A stretch of DNA of 32,000 bases from Nitratidesulfovibrio vulgaris str. Hildenborough (GTDB lineage: Bacteria > Desulfobacterota > Desulfovibrionia > Desulfovibrionales > Desulfovibrionaceae). The stretch covers positions 2,940,001 through 2,972,000 of the forward strand of contig NC_002937.3 in the NCBI RefSeq assembly GCF_000195755.1, read 5' to 3'. Positions within the stretch are counted from its first letter, which is position 1. Each line of letters starts with the position of its first letter. The notes under the pieces are model-generated. The model was not told the origin of the DNA. It searched no databases and saw nothing but the letters and a program-made list of their open reading frames with translations. The translations under genes and the position numbers were made by a program. Of this stretch, positions 13,962 to 22,493 are shown piece by piece.

Positions 13962-15095
13962 CTATTCTCCGTTGAGGATGCGGGTCTTCTCCGCTTCAGA
14001 CAGTTCGCGCGCCCCTTGCAGCAGGTCGGCGGACTTGCCGTCCTTGTCCTTCTTGAGCTTCTTCTCGAACTCCTGCGCGAAGGCCAGCGGGCTGCGAAGG
14101 GTGAGCGCGGTGGTGGTGCCACCGGACGAGAGCCGGTGCACGACCTTGCCGATCATGAGGTCCTGCTCGATACGCAGCCACGGCAGAACCACGCGGCACA
14201 TGGCATTGAGCGGCCATAGCGAGCCGTCGCCCTGCCGCCACCCCTGCACCGTGACGTTGACGGATACGGAACGCCCGGCGCGCACGCTGGCCTCCCATTC
14301 CGCCCGGCGGCGGGCGGTGGCAGCATCCTTGGGCGTCTCCCCGGAGATGACGTGCGGGCGGTAGCGACCGATGACGGGATCACTGGCTGTCGCCACCACC
14401 GAGGCAGCCCCGGCAGCGTCCACCGTGTCGGAACCGCGCTGCTGGGCCAGCACGCGGTACTCGCTGAAGCGGTCGCGGGCGTCGAACTCGACCTCGGCCG
14501 AGAGCACGTTCTGCCCCTGCACCAGTGCCGTCGTAGCCCGTCCTTCTCCGATGGCCACGAGCACGATCTCGCCGCCAGCACCGGGCATGGCCATAAGCTC
14601 TCGCTGGCGCAGGCCCCGCTCAAGGCATTCCCACGCCGTCTCGCCCGGCTCTATCTTGTGTACGGCAAGGGGTGCGCCCTCTGCGCCCTCACATCGCACG
14701 CGCACCCCGAAGGGTGCGGCCAACGCTGTGGCCAGCCTCGAGCAGGTGATCTGCCGCCATTCGCCGGGGGTATGCAGGGCTGCACAGTCCACAAGGTCGG
14801 CGCTGGCGTCGCGTCCGGACACGCGAATGGCATGCTGCGTTGCGGCAAGGCTCGGCTTGACCGCATCGATGTGGCCCCTGATGAGTTCATCACTGCCCGC
14901 GCGGATGGAGCAACGCATGCCGGGTGCCAGCGGCAGGGCCGTCATGCCCTCGACCCAGCGGTCTGCAAGCGACAGGTCGAAGGAACCTGCCACGGCATCC
15001 ACAGCGCGGGTTATGGTCACCTCTTCCCAGCCGAGCCATTGCACGCCGTCGATGTCGAGGGCGATGCGCTCGGCCCTGTCGGTCTGGTCACGCAC
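13962..15095 (-). CDS. baseplate hub / late control D-like protein (Mu gp44-like)
   Basis: GTG 15095 lies 9 nt after AAGGAGG. At 377 aa it sits between the gp43- and gp45-like genes and has a gpD/Mu P-like N-terminus. Confidence 0.8.
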   Translation of the reverse strand: MRDQTDRAERIALDIDGVQWLGWEEVTITRAVDAVAGSFDLSLADRWVEGMTALPLAPGMRCSIRAGSDELIRGHIDAVKPSLAATQHAIRVSGRDASADLVDCAALHTPGEWRQITCSRLATALAAPFGVRVRCEGAEGAPLAVHKIEPGETAWECLERGLRQRELMAMPGAGGEIVLVAIGEGRATTALVQGQNVLSAEVEFDARDRFSEYRVLAQQRGSDTVDAAGAASVVATASDPVIGRYRPHVISGETPKDAATARRRAEWEASVRAGRSVSVNVTVQGWRQGDGSLWPLNAMCRVVLPWLRIEQDLMIGKVVHRLSSGGTTTALTLRSPLAFAQEFEKKLKKDKDGKSADLLQGARELSEAEKTRILNGE

Positions 15096-15225
15096 GACGG
15101 AGAACCTCCTTACCCGCTTCGATGTCGGGCATGATGCCGCGCGGCATAGCCTCGCGGCCCGCCATCTGCGCTATCTGCTCGCTACCGCTCGCGACTGCGT
15201 CGCCCAAGGAAATGACGTTACGCAC
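15088..15225 (-). CDS. possible 45-aa ORF between gp43- and gp44-like genes
   Basis: GTG 15225 lies 9 nt after GGAGG and overlaps the gp43-like stop. The ORF ends 8 nt inside the gp44-like gene, filling an otherwise unexplained 122-nt gap. Product: MRNVISLGDAVASGSEQIAQMAGREAMPRGIMPDIEAGKEVLRRA. Confidence 0.3.
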   Translation of the reverse strand: MRNVISLGDAVASGSEQIAQMAGREAMPRGIMPDIEAGKEVLRRA

Positions 15226-16417
15226 GGCGCAACACCTCCAGTTCTTCAGCGGGCAGGAAGCCGGGGTGCCGCACCGCGTTACGCCGCAGCAGGTCGTGCT
15301 CGGCATCGAGGGCGGCCACGTGCTCCACCCTGTGGGCCACCACCAGCGAGGGCAGCACCACAGGCGGCCTTACGGTGATGACCTCCGGCGCGGAACCGCC
15401 GCTTTCGGACAGGGCACGCACCGTGGCGGTACGCAGGTCGGTGAACGAGGTATGCACGGCATCATCGCGGCTATCGTCCAGTACCCCGTCGATGGCGTCG
15501 CACACGTCGGCCCGCAGTGTGGCAGCCTCGCGCCGCGACTCCGGGGCGGAGAGCGCAGCCGACCGTGCCGCCTCGGCCACGGCGGCCTGTCGCTGATAGG
15601 CGGCGATGGCCATGCGGTTCTCGGCCTGCACTGTACGCACGCGCCCGGCCCCGGCGGGCATGGTCACCTGTGGTGTCGCCCCCGCAACGGAGAGCATCTC
15701 GCGCGAGCGCTGCCCATGCCCTGAAGCGGGAATGCCTGCACTGTCGCCGAAGAGGGGCAACAGCAGGCTGGAAGGCGAAAGGGCCGCGAAGCCCGAGAGG
15801 GAAAGCCCGGAAAGGGCTGCTACATGTCCGGCCAGTCCCGAAGGGTCGCCGTAGACGGAACGGTACGAGGCGACATCATCCGCCACCGAACGCATGGCCA
15901 TGAGCGCGTCGGACAACACACCTGCGGGCATGCCGTCACGCAACAGGTCGCGGTCGAGACGCCTGCCTGCCACGGCCAGCGCATTGTCGGCCCGGTAGTC
16001 CGCCCGGCGGGATGAACTGACAGACCCGGCGGGGGTGGCAGCCTCGCCCGCCTCGGCGAAGGACAGGCTGAAGGCGGCCATGCCACCATCGGCCCGCGAC
16101 TCGCGCAGACGGCAGCCGGTGCATACGACGGCGACCTCACCCGTCCACGGCACGACCAGTCGGCCCGGCCCTGCCTTCTCGCAGGCATCGAGCAGGGCGT
16201 CGCGCCCGGGCATGTAGTCCGGGCCGAGCACATACGCCTCTACCGAGATGGTGCGCGCCTTGCGCCCGAGGTCTTCCACATAGGGGATGTCGCGCCCGGG
16301 GAACTCGTGCAGGGCGGTGCGCCTGCCGGTCTCCATGTCGCGGGCGTCGACGTAGAAGGGTACGCCCCGAAAGCTGGCCTCGCGCAGGTTCCTGCGCCAT
16401 GCGGGTGTGTTCTGCAT
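15218..16417 (-). CDS. DNA circulation protein (Mu gp43-like)
   Basis: WRRNLREASFRGVPFYVDARDMETGRRTALHEFPGRDIPYVEDLGRKAR...GPGRLVVPWTG is the DNA_circ_N signature. Confidence 0.85.
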   Translation of the reverse strand: MQNTPAWRRNLREASFRGVPFYVDARDMETGRRTALHEFPGRDIPYVEDLGRKARTISVEAYVLGPDYMPGRDALLDACEKAGPGRLVVPWTGEVAVVCTGCRLRESRADGGMAAFSLSFAEAGEAATPAGSVSSSRRADYRADNALAVAGRRLDRDLLRDGMPAGVLSDALMAMRSVADDVASYRSVYGDPSGLAGHVAALSGLSLSGFAALSPSSLLLPLFGDSAGIPASGHGQRSREMLSVAGATPQVTMPAGAGRVRTVQAENRMAIAAYQRQAAVAEAARSAALSAPESRREAATLRADVCDAIDGVLDDSRDDAVHTSFTDLRTATVRALSESGGSAPEVITVRPPVVLPSLVVAHRVEHVAALDAEHDLLRRNAVRHPGFLPAEELEVLRRA

Positions 16418-16425
16418 GGTCGCTC

Positions 16426-18000
16426 CTAGTTACGGGCAGACTCGCCAGTGTAGACGGTGTCGATATCCACAGGTGCCCCGCTCTGGCTCATGCGGGTGCC
16501 CGCCGGCGCGACCACCTCGAGCCTGACGTTCGACTCCGAGCGTTCGGTGTGGGTGCTGCGCATCTCCTGCCGGTGCTGCGCCACGGAGGCCGCGCCGAGC
16601 TTGGGCCGTGGCGTCGCCTCGTCCTCGCCACCACCGAAGAGGGACGAGAGGGGGCGAGGCTCCGGAGCGTCATCCTCCGGGGTTCCAGCCGGGTCGCCGC
16701 TCTCTGCGAAGACGCCCCGCTGCATCCACTCCGGGATGCTGTCGCGCACCCACGCCACGATCTTGTCCCACTTGAGCCACAGGGCCGTGATGCCAGCCAC
16801 CAGAAGCCCGATGCCACCAACCACCCAGCCGAAGGGCGTCGCCATCATCACCAGCCCGAGTTGCGCGAACACCCCCACAAGGCCCACCAGCGGGCCAAGC
16901 AGTCCGCTGAAGGCGGCGGCCAGCACCATGCCGAGGTTGTCCCAGCCGCCCACGAGGTCGGCCACCCACGCCAGCTTGTCGCCGAACCGCTGGATGCCCT
17001 CCCACACCTTGGGCAGCGCGTTCCATGCCGCATCGAAGAAACGGGTCAGCTTCTCGCCGATGTCCTTGGCCCATGCCTGCAAGCTGCCGTCGCCGGCCAT
17101 CTCGTCGATCTTGGCCAGCACGCCCTCGAGCTTGCCCTTCATCCAGTCGAACACGCCGTTGGACATGACCATGTTGGTGAACCTGCTCCACGAGTCTGAG
17201 AGGTTCGACACCATGCCGCCGAAGGTCTTCGATTGCGCCTCCATGCCGCCGCCGTACTTCTCGGCCCATATCTTGGTGAGCGTCGCCTGAATGGCGGCCC
17301 GGTCATTGGCCTTGGCCATGAGCGAAGCCTGTTTGCCCGAGGCGTCGGTGTAGCTGTAGACGATCTTCTCACCCGTCTTTCTGGCGACGATGCCGAACTC
17401 CTTGAGCCGTTCGTTCTCGCCCGTCACGGCGTCGGCGATGGCCTCCACCGCCTGTTCGAGCGGCTTGCCCATGGATGACGCCGTGTCCCCCAAGGTACGC
17501 AGCAGGCCCTTGGTGGGGTCGAGACCGTAGCTGCGGAGTTTGACGAACGAGTCCGTGACCTCGGCCAGTTCGTAGGGGGTCTTGGCGGCGAAGTCGGATA
17601 TCCAGCCCATCTCCTTCTTGGCCTTGCCCGTGTCGCCCTGATTGAGCGTGGTGAGGATGGTCTCGAACCGTTCGAACTGGCTGGCCGTGTCCACGAACTG
17701 CGTCTTGAAGGCGTAGCCAAGGCCGAGTGCAGCGGCACTGCCCGTCGCAGCCAGCGCCGCGAACGAACCGGCGAGTTGCTGCACCCGGCCATGCATCTCG
17801 TTACCGAACCTGCCGAACCGCTCCATGCCGGTCAGCCGGCTGAACCGTGAGCGTTCCGCCTCGAGGTTGCCGAACGCATGCGTGACCCCCGACACCTTCT
17901 GCTGCAGCCGTTCCATACGGTCGTTCAGACTGCGGAACGGGGCCGAGAATCTGTCGACGGCTCCGATGACGAAGGTAAGGGCTGTTTCGCGGGTGCTCAC
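16426..18000 (-). CDS. tail tape measure protein
   Basis: GTG start at 18000. The 524-aa product has the TP901-type core ...KKEMGWISDFAAKTPYELAEVTDSFVKLRSYGLDP... and C-terminal hydrophobic segments. It follows the chaperone frameshift pair. Confidence 0.9.
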   Translation of the reverse strand: MSTRETALTFVIGAVDRFSAPFRSLNDRMERLQQKVSGVTHAFGNLEAERSRFSRLTGMERFGRFGNEMHGRVQQLAGSFAALAATGSAAALGLGYAFKTQFVDTASQFERFETILTTLNQGDTGKAKKEMGWISDFAAKTPYELAEVTDSFVKLRSYGLDPTKGLLRTLGDTASSMGKPLEQAVEAIADAVTGENERLKEFGIVARKTGEKIVYSYTDASGKQASLMAKANDRAAIQATLTKIWAEKYGGGMEAQSKTFGGMVSNLSDSWSRFTNMVMSNGVFDWMKGKLEGVLAKIDEMAGDGSLQAWAKDIGEKLTRFFDAAWNALPKVWEGIQRFGDKLAWVADLVGGWDNLGMVLAAAFSGLLGPLVGLVGVFAQLGLVMMATPFGWVVGGIGLLVAGITALWLKWDKIVAWVRDSIPEWMQRGVFAESGDPAGTPEDDAPEPRPLSSLFGGGEDEATPRPKLGAASVAQHRQEMRSTHTERSESNVRLEVVAPAGTRMSQSGAPVDIDTVYTGESARN

Positions 18001-18376
18001 ATGCTTTCCTTGGGCAAGTCGTTGATCCGGTCGAGCCAGAAACGGAGGTCATCCACGTCCATGTCCAGCAGGTCGCCGGGCGGAAAGTGGAAGGTGTAGG
18101 CGATGAGCCCGACGGCTACTGTCCAGTCCTCGGGCCAGTTGGCAAAAAATCGGTGACGACACCGAGCACGGTGGCGAGGTCATCGCCGCTCAACTCTTCC
18201 ATGACGCTGGGCGGCTGGCCGCACATCCTGCCACCGATGGTGAGCAGGTGGTCGTAGCACAGCGCGAGGGGCAGCCCCTTCATGTGCCTGCCCTTGAGCG
18301 GGCCTTGGAACACCAGTTCGGTGATGGTCTCGCTGCCGTTCTGCAGAGGGGTCTTGAGGGTCATGCGACGTTCCAT
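17997..18376 (-). CDS. tail assembly chaperone, -1 frameshift fusion product (G-T / E-E' type)
   Basis: Slipping -1 at T_TTT_TTG reads on as ...DFFANWPEDWTVAVGLIAYTFHFPPGDLLDMDVDDLRFWLDRINDLPKESM. The frame stays open until TGA at 17999-17997, 4 nt inside the tape measure gene. Confidence 0.7.
18116..18376 (-). CDS. tail assembly chaperone (Mu gp41 / P2 gpE-like), zero-frame product
   Basis: ATG 18376 shares one nucleotide with the tube-gene stop (TGATG), with GAGGAGG upstream. Product: MERRMTLKTPLQNGSETITELVFQGPLKGRHMKGL...DDLATVLGVVTDF. Confidence 0.8.
   Translation of the reverse strand: MERRMTLKTPLQNGSETITELVFQGPLKGRHMKGLPLALCYDHLLTIGGRMCGQPPSVMEELSGDDLATVLGVVTDFLPTGPRTGQ
18143..18149 (-). 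other. slippery heptamer T_TTT_TTG for programmed -1 frameshift
   Basis: On the minus strand the zero-frame codons gaT TTT TTG fit the X_XXY_YYZ pattern, 9 codons before the zero-frame stop. Confidence 0.65.
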
Positions 18377-18741
18377 CAGCGCACCTCCTCGGCCTGCTTG
18401 CCTTCGAAGCGCACGGCTATCTCCGCCTCGCCGGTCTTCACCGTGCCCTCGCCCGCGTACCACGCATCGCGCAGCACGATGGTCTTGCCGTTGTGCAACT
18501 CGAGCGTGACGGTGACGCCGTCGAGCGACGTGAGCTTCTTGAGGTCGAGCGTGATGCTGTCGGTGATGGCCCCCTCGACGAAGGCCACCTGCACGGACGA
18601 CTTGTAGCCATGCACCGCATCGGCCCCGACGATGGCCTCTCGCTTGTCGGTGCCGAGGTTGTACGAGAACTCGCCTTTGGCCTCCTGAAGGACGCCGTCG
18701 ACCTTGAGGTAGATGCGTCCGGCGCGGGCATTGCCTGCCAT
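18376..18741 (-). CDS. tail tube protein (Mu gp40-like)
   Basis: AAGGAG RBS is present. GRIYLKVDGVLQEAKGEFSYNLG..REAIVGADAVHGYK...ELHNGKTIVLRDAW is the contractile-tail tube signature. Confidence 0.85.
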   Translation of the reverse strand: MAGNARAGRIYLKVDGVLQEAKGEFSYNLGTDKREAIVGADAVHGYKSSVQVAFVEGAITDSITLDLKKLTSLDGVTVTLELHNGKTIVLRDAWYAGEGTVKTGEAEIAVRFEGKQAEEVR

Positions 18742-18790
18742 GGTCTGCTCCTTGTAGGCGGGGCTTCAGGCCATGCCGAAGCCCCTTTGG

Positions 18791-20254
18791 TTACAAAATG
18801 AAGGAGAGCTTCACGCCACCAACGCAGAACTGGTTGACCAGATCGGGCGGCAGCATCCAGTCCAGCCGGTTGCGGTCACGCTGGTTGCGCTCGCAGATGA
18901 CCTGCTGGGCGAAGACGTCCACGTTCTCCACAAGGCCCATCTCCTCCCACATCCGGGCACGGGCGATGGCCTCGGCCTTGCCGACCTTGGGCGTGATCAC
19001 GGGCTGCCCTGCCCCGAAGCGGGCGTTGTCATCCGCCAGCTTGTGGCGCGGGTACTTGCGCAGGATGTAGTTGCGGAAGTCGTACCGCAGGTAGCCCAGC
19101 GTGAGCACGGTGTTGAGGTCGAGGTAGCTGGGGTCTTCCGCCCCGTTGGGGCTGGTCTTGTAGGTGGTGATGAGGCGCTGCACCCGCACCGCGCCCCCGG
19201 CATCCACGTAGAAGGTGGAGATGCCGTCGAACAGCAGCAGGTTGTTCTCGCGCTGCGTGAACCTGTCCTTCTGCGCCGGCGGGAGCACGCCCTTGAGTTC
19301 CAGCGTCTGGAAGGGGCGCGCGGGGTCGATGTTGCCGTAGTAGGCAGCCACGGCAGCGGTCGAGGCGGCCACCTCCCACGCGGGGGTGGGCACGCCGTGG
19401 CAGTGCATGACGGTGAGGTGCTGGCTGTTGCGCCCGTCACCGAGGGTGCCGAGTTCTGCATGGGTCCCGGTGGCGGCAGAGATGGCCACGCCCTCGATCA
19501 TGCGCAGCGCGCCCCAGCGGTCCATCAGTTCCCTTTCGATGGCGGTCAGGCTTGCGGCATCGGTCCACGGCCAGACCAGCACGTTCCAGTGGGCATCACC
19601 AAGGGCGGCGATGAGCGGCGCGACATCGGGGCTGGCCGTACCGCCTGCAAGGGCGGTGATGGCCACCATGAGTCCGGCGGGCGTGGATTCGCCATTGTAG
19701 TTCAGGCGCACGTCGATGCCGTTGCCTGCAAGCCCCTTGTGGCGAGAGGTCAGGGTCACATCACCCGCCGTGGCGCTGGCACTGCACGGGCAGTCGGGCA
19801 CGGTGTTGATGGCGGCGGCAAGGGCCGTGGCCACGGCAGCGGCCTGCTGGCCCGAGGTGACACCGCAGAGGATGCGACGCCCCCCGATGTACAGGGCCAG
19901 CGTTCCACCTTCAGTGGCGGCCCCGGTGAGGGCCACCTTGCCGGTGGCAACCTGCCCGGCGGGGGCATCCTCCACGGCGATGGCGTACATCTCGGTGGTG
20001 GGGTCGGCTGCCAGATAGGTGGCGCAGGACTGCGCCAGCATGGAACCGGCACCGAACAGTGCCACGGCCTGCTGTGCCGAGGTCACGCGCACCGGCACCA
20101 GCGGGGCCTGCGCGCCCGCAGCCAGCTTCTGCCCGCAGACCAGTGTGCGGTAGGGCATGAGCGCAGGCCCCGACACGGCATTGCTGTCGTCTATCTCCAC
20201 ATAGACGAACGGCACACGCATGGCGTTGGGTACTTCGTTGAATCCTATGGTCAT
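18791..20254 (-). CDS. tail sheath protein (Mu gp39-like)
   Basis: The 487-aa product starts MTIGFNEVPNAMRVPFVYVEIDDSNA. It lies upstream of the tube gene. Confidence 0.9.
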   Translation of the reverse strand: MTIGFNEVPNAMRVPFVYVEIDDSNAVSGPALMPYRTLVCGQKLAAGAQAPLVPVRVTSAQQAVALFGAGSMLAQSCATYLAADPTTEMYAIAVEDAPAGQVATGKVALTGAATEGGTLALYIGGRRILCGVTSGQQAAAVATALAAAINTVPDCPCSASATAGDVTLTSRHKGLAGNGIDVRLNYNGESTPAGLMVAITALAGGTASPDVAPLIAALGDAHWNVLVWPWTDAASLTAIERELMDRWGALRMIEGVAISAATGTHAELGTLGDGRNSQHLTVMHCHGVPTPAWEVAASTAAVAAYYGNIDPARPFQTLELKGVLPPAQKDRFTQRENNLLLFDGISTFYVDAGGAVRVQRLITTYKTSPNGAEDPSYLDLNTVLTLGYLRYDFRNYILRKYPRHKLADDNARFGAGQPVITPKVGKAEAIARARMWEEMGLVENVDVFAQQVICERNQRDRNRLDWMLPPDLVNQFCVGGVKLSFIL

Positions 20255-20257
20255 GGC

Positions 20258-20449
20258 CTAGTCTCCCTTTCTGGGCTTGGAAGGTCCGGCGGTGACGGGC
20301 ACCACGTCTCCCGCTTGCAGCCGGCGCAGCCAGTGCGAATCGGTCGGCACCTCTGCGCCTTCGGCAGGCAGGGGCTGCATGGTCGCGGGGTCGCGCACCA
20401 CAAGCCCGGTGCGCGGTCTGATGTGCAGGGTCTCAGGGATGTGGGGCAT
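20258..20449 (-). CDS. DUF2635 protein (Mu gp38-like)
   Basis: AGGAGG RBS is present. IRPRTGLVVRDPATMQPLPAEGAEVPTDSHWLRRLQAGDVV matches the DUF2635 pattern found just before Mu-type sheath genes. Confidence 0.75.
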   Translation of the reverse strand: MPHIPETLHIRPRTGLVVRDPATMQPLPAEGAEVPTDSHWLRRLQAGDVVPVTAGPSKPRKGD

Positions 20450-20990
20450 GGGGAGCCTCCTGTGGCAGGGTCAGGGTGTCTTGAGCGTCGATAGTGCCGT
20501 CCGGGGTGCCAGCAGGTGAAACGAGGTCCCAGCTGACGCCCCCGGTGGCGAAGACGTCCAGCGGCGCATCCGCGAGGGACCGCTCGTAGGTCACGGTGCA
20601 GTCGATACGGGCGCACCCCATGAGACGCTCCCCCGATGCGGCGAGGGATATCTCCACGGCGTCCAGTTCGCTGTCATCCACGAGGTCGCCGAAGGTCGGG
20701 TCGTCCAGGAGGGCAAGCTCGATCCTGTCGGCACGATCGTAGAGGATGGCGTCGAGTTCACGGGTGGCTTCCGCCACGACCTCGACGGCGAGGGTCAGCG
20801 AACGCTCGTAGCGCCGGGGCGAGGTGTCCTTGTGGTCGGCCTTCTCCTTGAGCGCATAGACGCCCACGGCGGGCAGGTCGGCAGACTGGATGTGGCGCAC
20901 GCGCGAAGCATGCACTGCCTTGACCGCATCCCCCAGCGCCGAACGCAGCAAGGCGGCGACATGGTCGACGATGGCCTTGCGCGTGGTCAT
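20433..20990 (-). CDS. tail terminator, lambda gpU-like / Mu gp37-like
   Basis: ATG 20990 is preceded by AAGGAG and overlaps the upstream stop (ATGA). ...SADLPAVGVYALKE...YERSLTLAVEV...ELD..L.DR...ARIDCTVTYE parallels lambda gpU (FPAVAVYLTG...ELHIEVF...DLTYVITYE). Confidence 0.65.
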   Translation of the reverse strand: MTTRKAIVDHVAALLRSALGDAVKAVHASRVRHIQSADLPAVGVYALKEKADHKDTSPRRYERSLTLAVEVVAEATRELDAILYDRADRIELALLDDPTFGDLVDDSELDAVEISLAASGERLMGCARIDCTVTYERSLADAPLDVFATGGVSWDLVSPAGTPDGTIDAQDTLTLPQEAPHAPHP

Positions 20991-21313
20991 GCAGACTCCT
21001 TGTGCAGGCGTATGCGCCACATGCCGGGGTGCAGGGGTTCGCAGTCCGCCACGGTGAACCACTGGTCGCAGAAGCAGACCCGGTCGTCCTCCGCACGGGG
21101 CTTGCCGGGCAGTCCATCGCGAAGCACCACGATGCTGGGCTTGCTGCTGCTCACCTGCAGGTAGTCGCCAGCCTCCACCAGTTCGGCCCCTTCGAACCAG
21201 ATGCCGTTGGTGGCCACCTGCTCGCCGCTGGCAAAGGCGATGGTCACAGGCTCCGTGAAGCCGGAAGCGAAGATGCGGCGTTGATCCAGACGGGCGCGGT
21301 CTGCGAGTCTCAT
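20987..21313 (-). CDS. head-tail attachment protein, lambda gpFII-like
   Basis: ATG 21313 overlaps the gpZ-like stop. ...TIAFASGEQVATNGIWFEGAELVEAGDYLQVSSSKPSIVVLRD...DQWFTVADCEPLHPGMWRIRL parallels lambda FII (ATITSGEQSGAVIRGVF...VEGSSPSLFVRTD...FWVDRVSPDDGGSCHLWL). Confidence 0.65.
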   Translation of the reverse strand: MRLADRARLDQRRIFASGFTEPVTIAFASGEQVATNGIWFEGAELVEAGDYLQVSSSKPSIVVLRDGLPGKPRAEDDRVCFCDQWFTVADCEPLHPGMWRIRLHKESA

Positions 21314-21903
21314 GCCTTCACCTTGTCCAGAATGCGGTTTGCCTCGACCAGAACACGCTTGGAGAAGATCTCCTCCGCACGCACCTGCTGACGGAACCGC
21401 GTCTCCGGCCTGCCGAGAACGGATAGGAAAGAAGGACCATAGAGGCGCACGATCGGGTAGCTCGCCTTCTGGGTGCGCCCGTAGACCTCTCCCTTGGCGA
21501 TGAATGCCCCCAGTAGCGGGCGATCCTTCTTGCCGCCTGTCGTCGAGATGAGCTTCCGGCCCGCACCTTGGCGGATCTTCACCGTGACGCCCTTCTTCGT
21601 CGGCTTCGCCCCCCAGCGGATGAGGGGGATGGACATGCGTCCCCGCGCATAGAGAACGGCGATCTTCGTACCGGGTCGAGCGTGCCTCACCCACATGGTG
21701 GCATCCACATCCTTCTTGGGAGCGGCATACTCCTCGCGGATGGCCTTGCTCGTCTCCGTCCGCATGGCGTAGATGGCCCGGTTCAGCGAGTGCACGACCA
21801 CCCGTTCTATGCCGTTCGGGAGCCGCTCCACCTTACGGTAGAGTTCTCCCAGCACATGCTTGGCGTGGAAAGTGTCCAGACGGGCAAGCCTCTTGTCAGC
21901 CAT
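21310..21903 (-). CDS. minor tail protein Z-like
   Basis: ...LNRAIYAMRTETSKAIREEY...KIAVLYARGRMSIPLIRWGAK...PLLGAFIAKGEVYGR...YPIVRLYGPS resembles lambda gpZ (INRVASSAISQSASQVARE...RGDLPVIKLG...IPGAFI...YPIDVVKIP). Confidence 0.7.
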   Translation of the reverse strand: MADKRLARLDTFHAKHVLGELYRKVERLPNGIERVVVHSLNRAIYAMRTETSKAIREEYAAPKKDVDATMWVRHARPGTKIAVLYARGRMSIPLIRWGAKPTKKGVTVKIRQGAGRKLISTTGGKKDRPLLGAFIAKGEVYGRTQKASYPIVRLYGPSFLSVLGRPETRFRQQVRAEEIFSKRVLVEANRILDKVKA

Positions 21904-21905
21904 GA

Positions 21906-22073
21906 TCAGCGCTCCGGCCTGTCGTAGCTGTCCGGGTCGGGCACGAGGTCGGCCAACTGGCGAATCTTCTCCACGGTGACCTCACCCTTGCAGCGTTCGA
22001 CGGCGTCCAGCACCGCAGGCACGCCATGCGTGAGGGCCAGCCGCAGCACGGTGACGAGCACTTCCTTAGACAT
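21906..22073 (-). CDS. possible 55-aa ORF
   Basis: Strong RBS GAAGGAGGAAGG precedes ATG 22073. It overlaps the lipoprotein stop by 8 nt and ends 2 nt before the gpZ-like ATG. Product: MSKEVLVTVLRLALTHGVPAVLDAVERCKGEVTVEKIRQLADLVPDPDSYDRPER. It is below the ORF-track length cutoff. Confidence 0.4.
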   Translation of the reverse strand: MSKEVLVTVLRLALTHGVPAVLDAVERCKGEVTVEKIRQLADLVPDPDSYDRPER

Positions 22074-22476
22074 GGCCTTCCTCCTTCACCGGGGCAGGCT
22101 GCCCCGTCTTCAGGTCGTGTATGCCGACGCCCATGCCGCGGGCGCAGTCGAGCAACTCGGACAGGCGGCCCGTCATGGCCACCAGCATCCGCGTGACCCT
22201 GTCGCGCTGCGTGTCGCCGGGGCTGGCCACATACTCCTCGAGGGCTATCCTCGCCGACTGGAAGGCCCCCCGGTAGATGCGGGCCACGGCCTTGGCCTTG
22301 GCATACTGCGCATCGTCGAGAGTGCCCCCGGCGTGGGCGTCTGCGAGGGCGGACATGGTGGCGTCGTAGGTCTCGCCCGCGATGACCAGCGTGTTGTAGG
22401 CGTTGTTCTCGAAGTCGCTGCACGCGGCGAGCAGCAGCACGGAGAGCACGAGGAACAGGGTGCGGAATCTTTTCAT
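22066..22476 (-). CDS. lipoprotein in lysis cassette (possible outer-membrane spanin component or moron)
   Basis: AGGAGG RBS is present. The signal peptide has a lipobox (MKRFRTLFLVLSVLLLAAC). It lies immediately downstream of the endolysin. There is no C-terminal TM segment. Confidence 0.75.
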   Translation of the reverse strand: MKRFRTLFLVLSVLLLAACSDFENNAYNTLVIAGETYDATMSALADAHAGGTLDDAQYAKAKAVARIYRGAFQSARIALEEYVASPGDTQRDRVTRMLVAMTGRLSELLDCARGMGVGIHDLKTGQPAPVKEEGHV

Positions 22477-22493
22477 GGGACCTCCTGCCTGTG

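Noticed and set aside
18773-20494. 573-aa plus-strand ORF. Other very long plus-strand ORFs of the same kind: 25256..26782, 29719..30954, 14371..15378, 10884..11777, 26475..27494, 16399..17199.
   Set aside because: All run antisense to minus-strand genes with clear phage-family signatures. Their products are Arg/Gly/His/Pro-rich low-complexity strings, typical of stop-codon-poor shadow frames in DNA of about 65 percent G+C. None has a convincing RBS.
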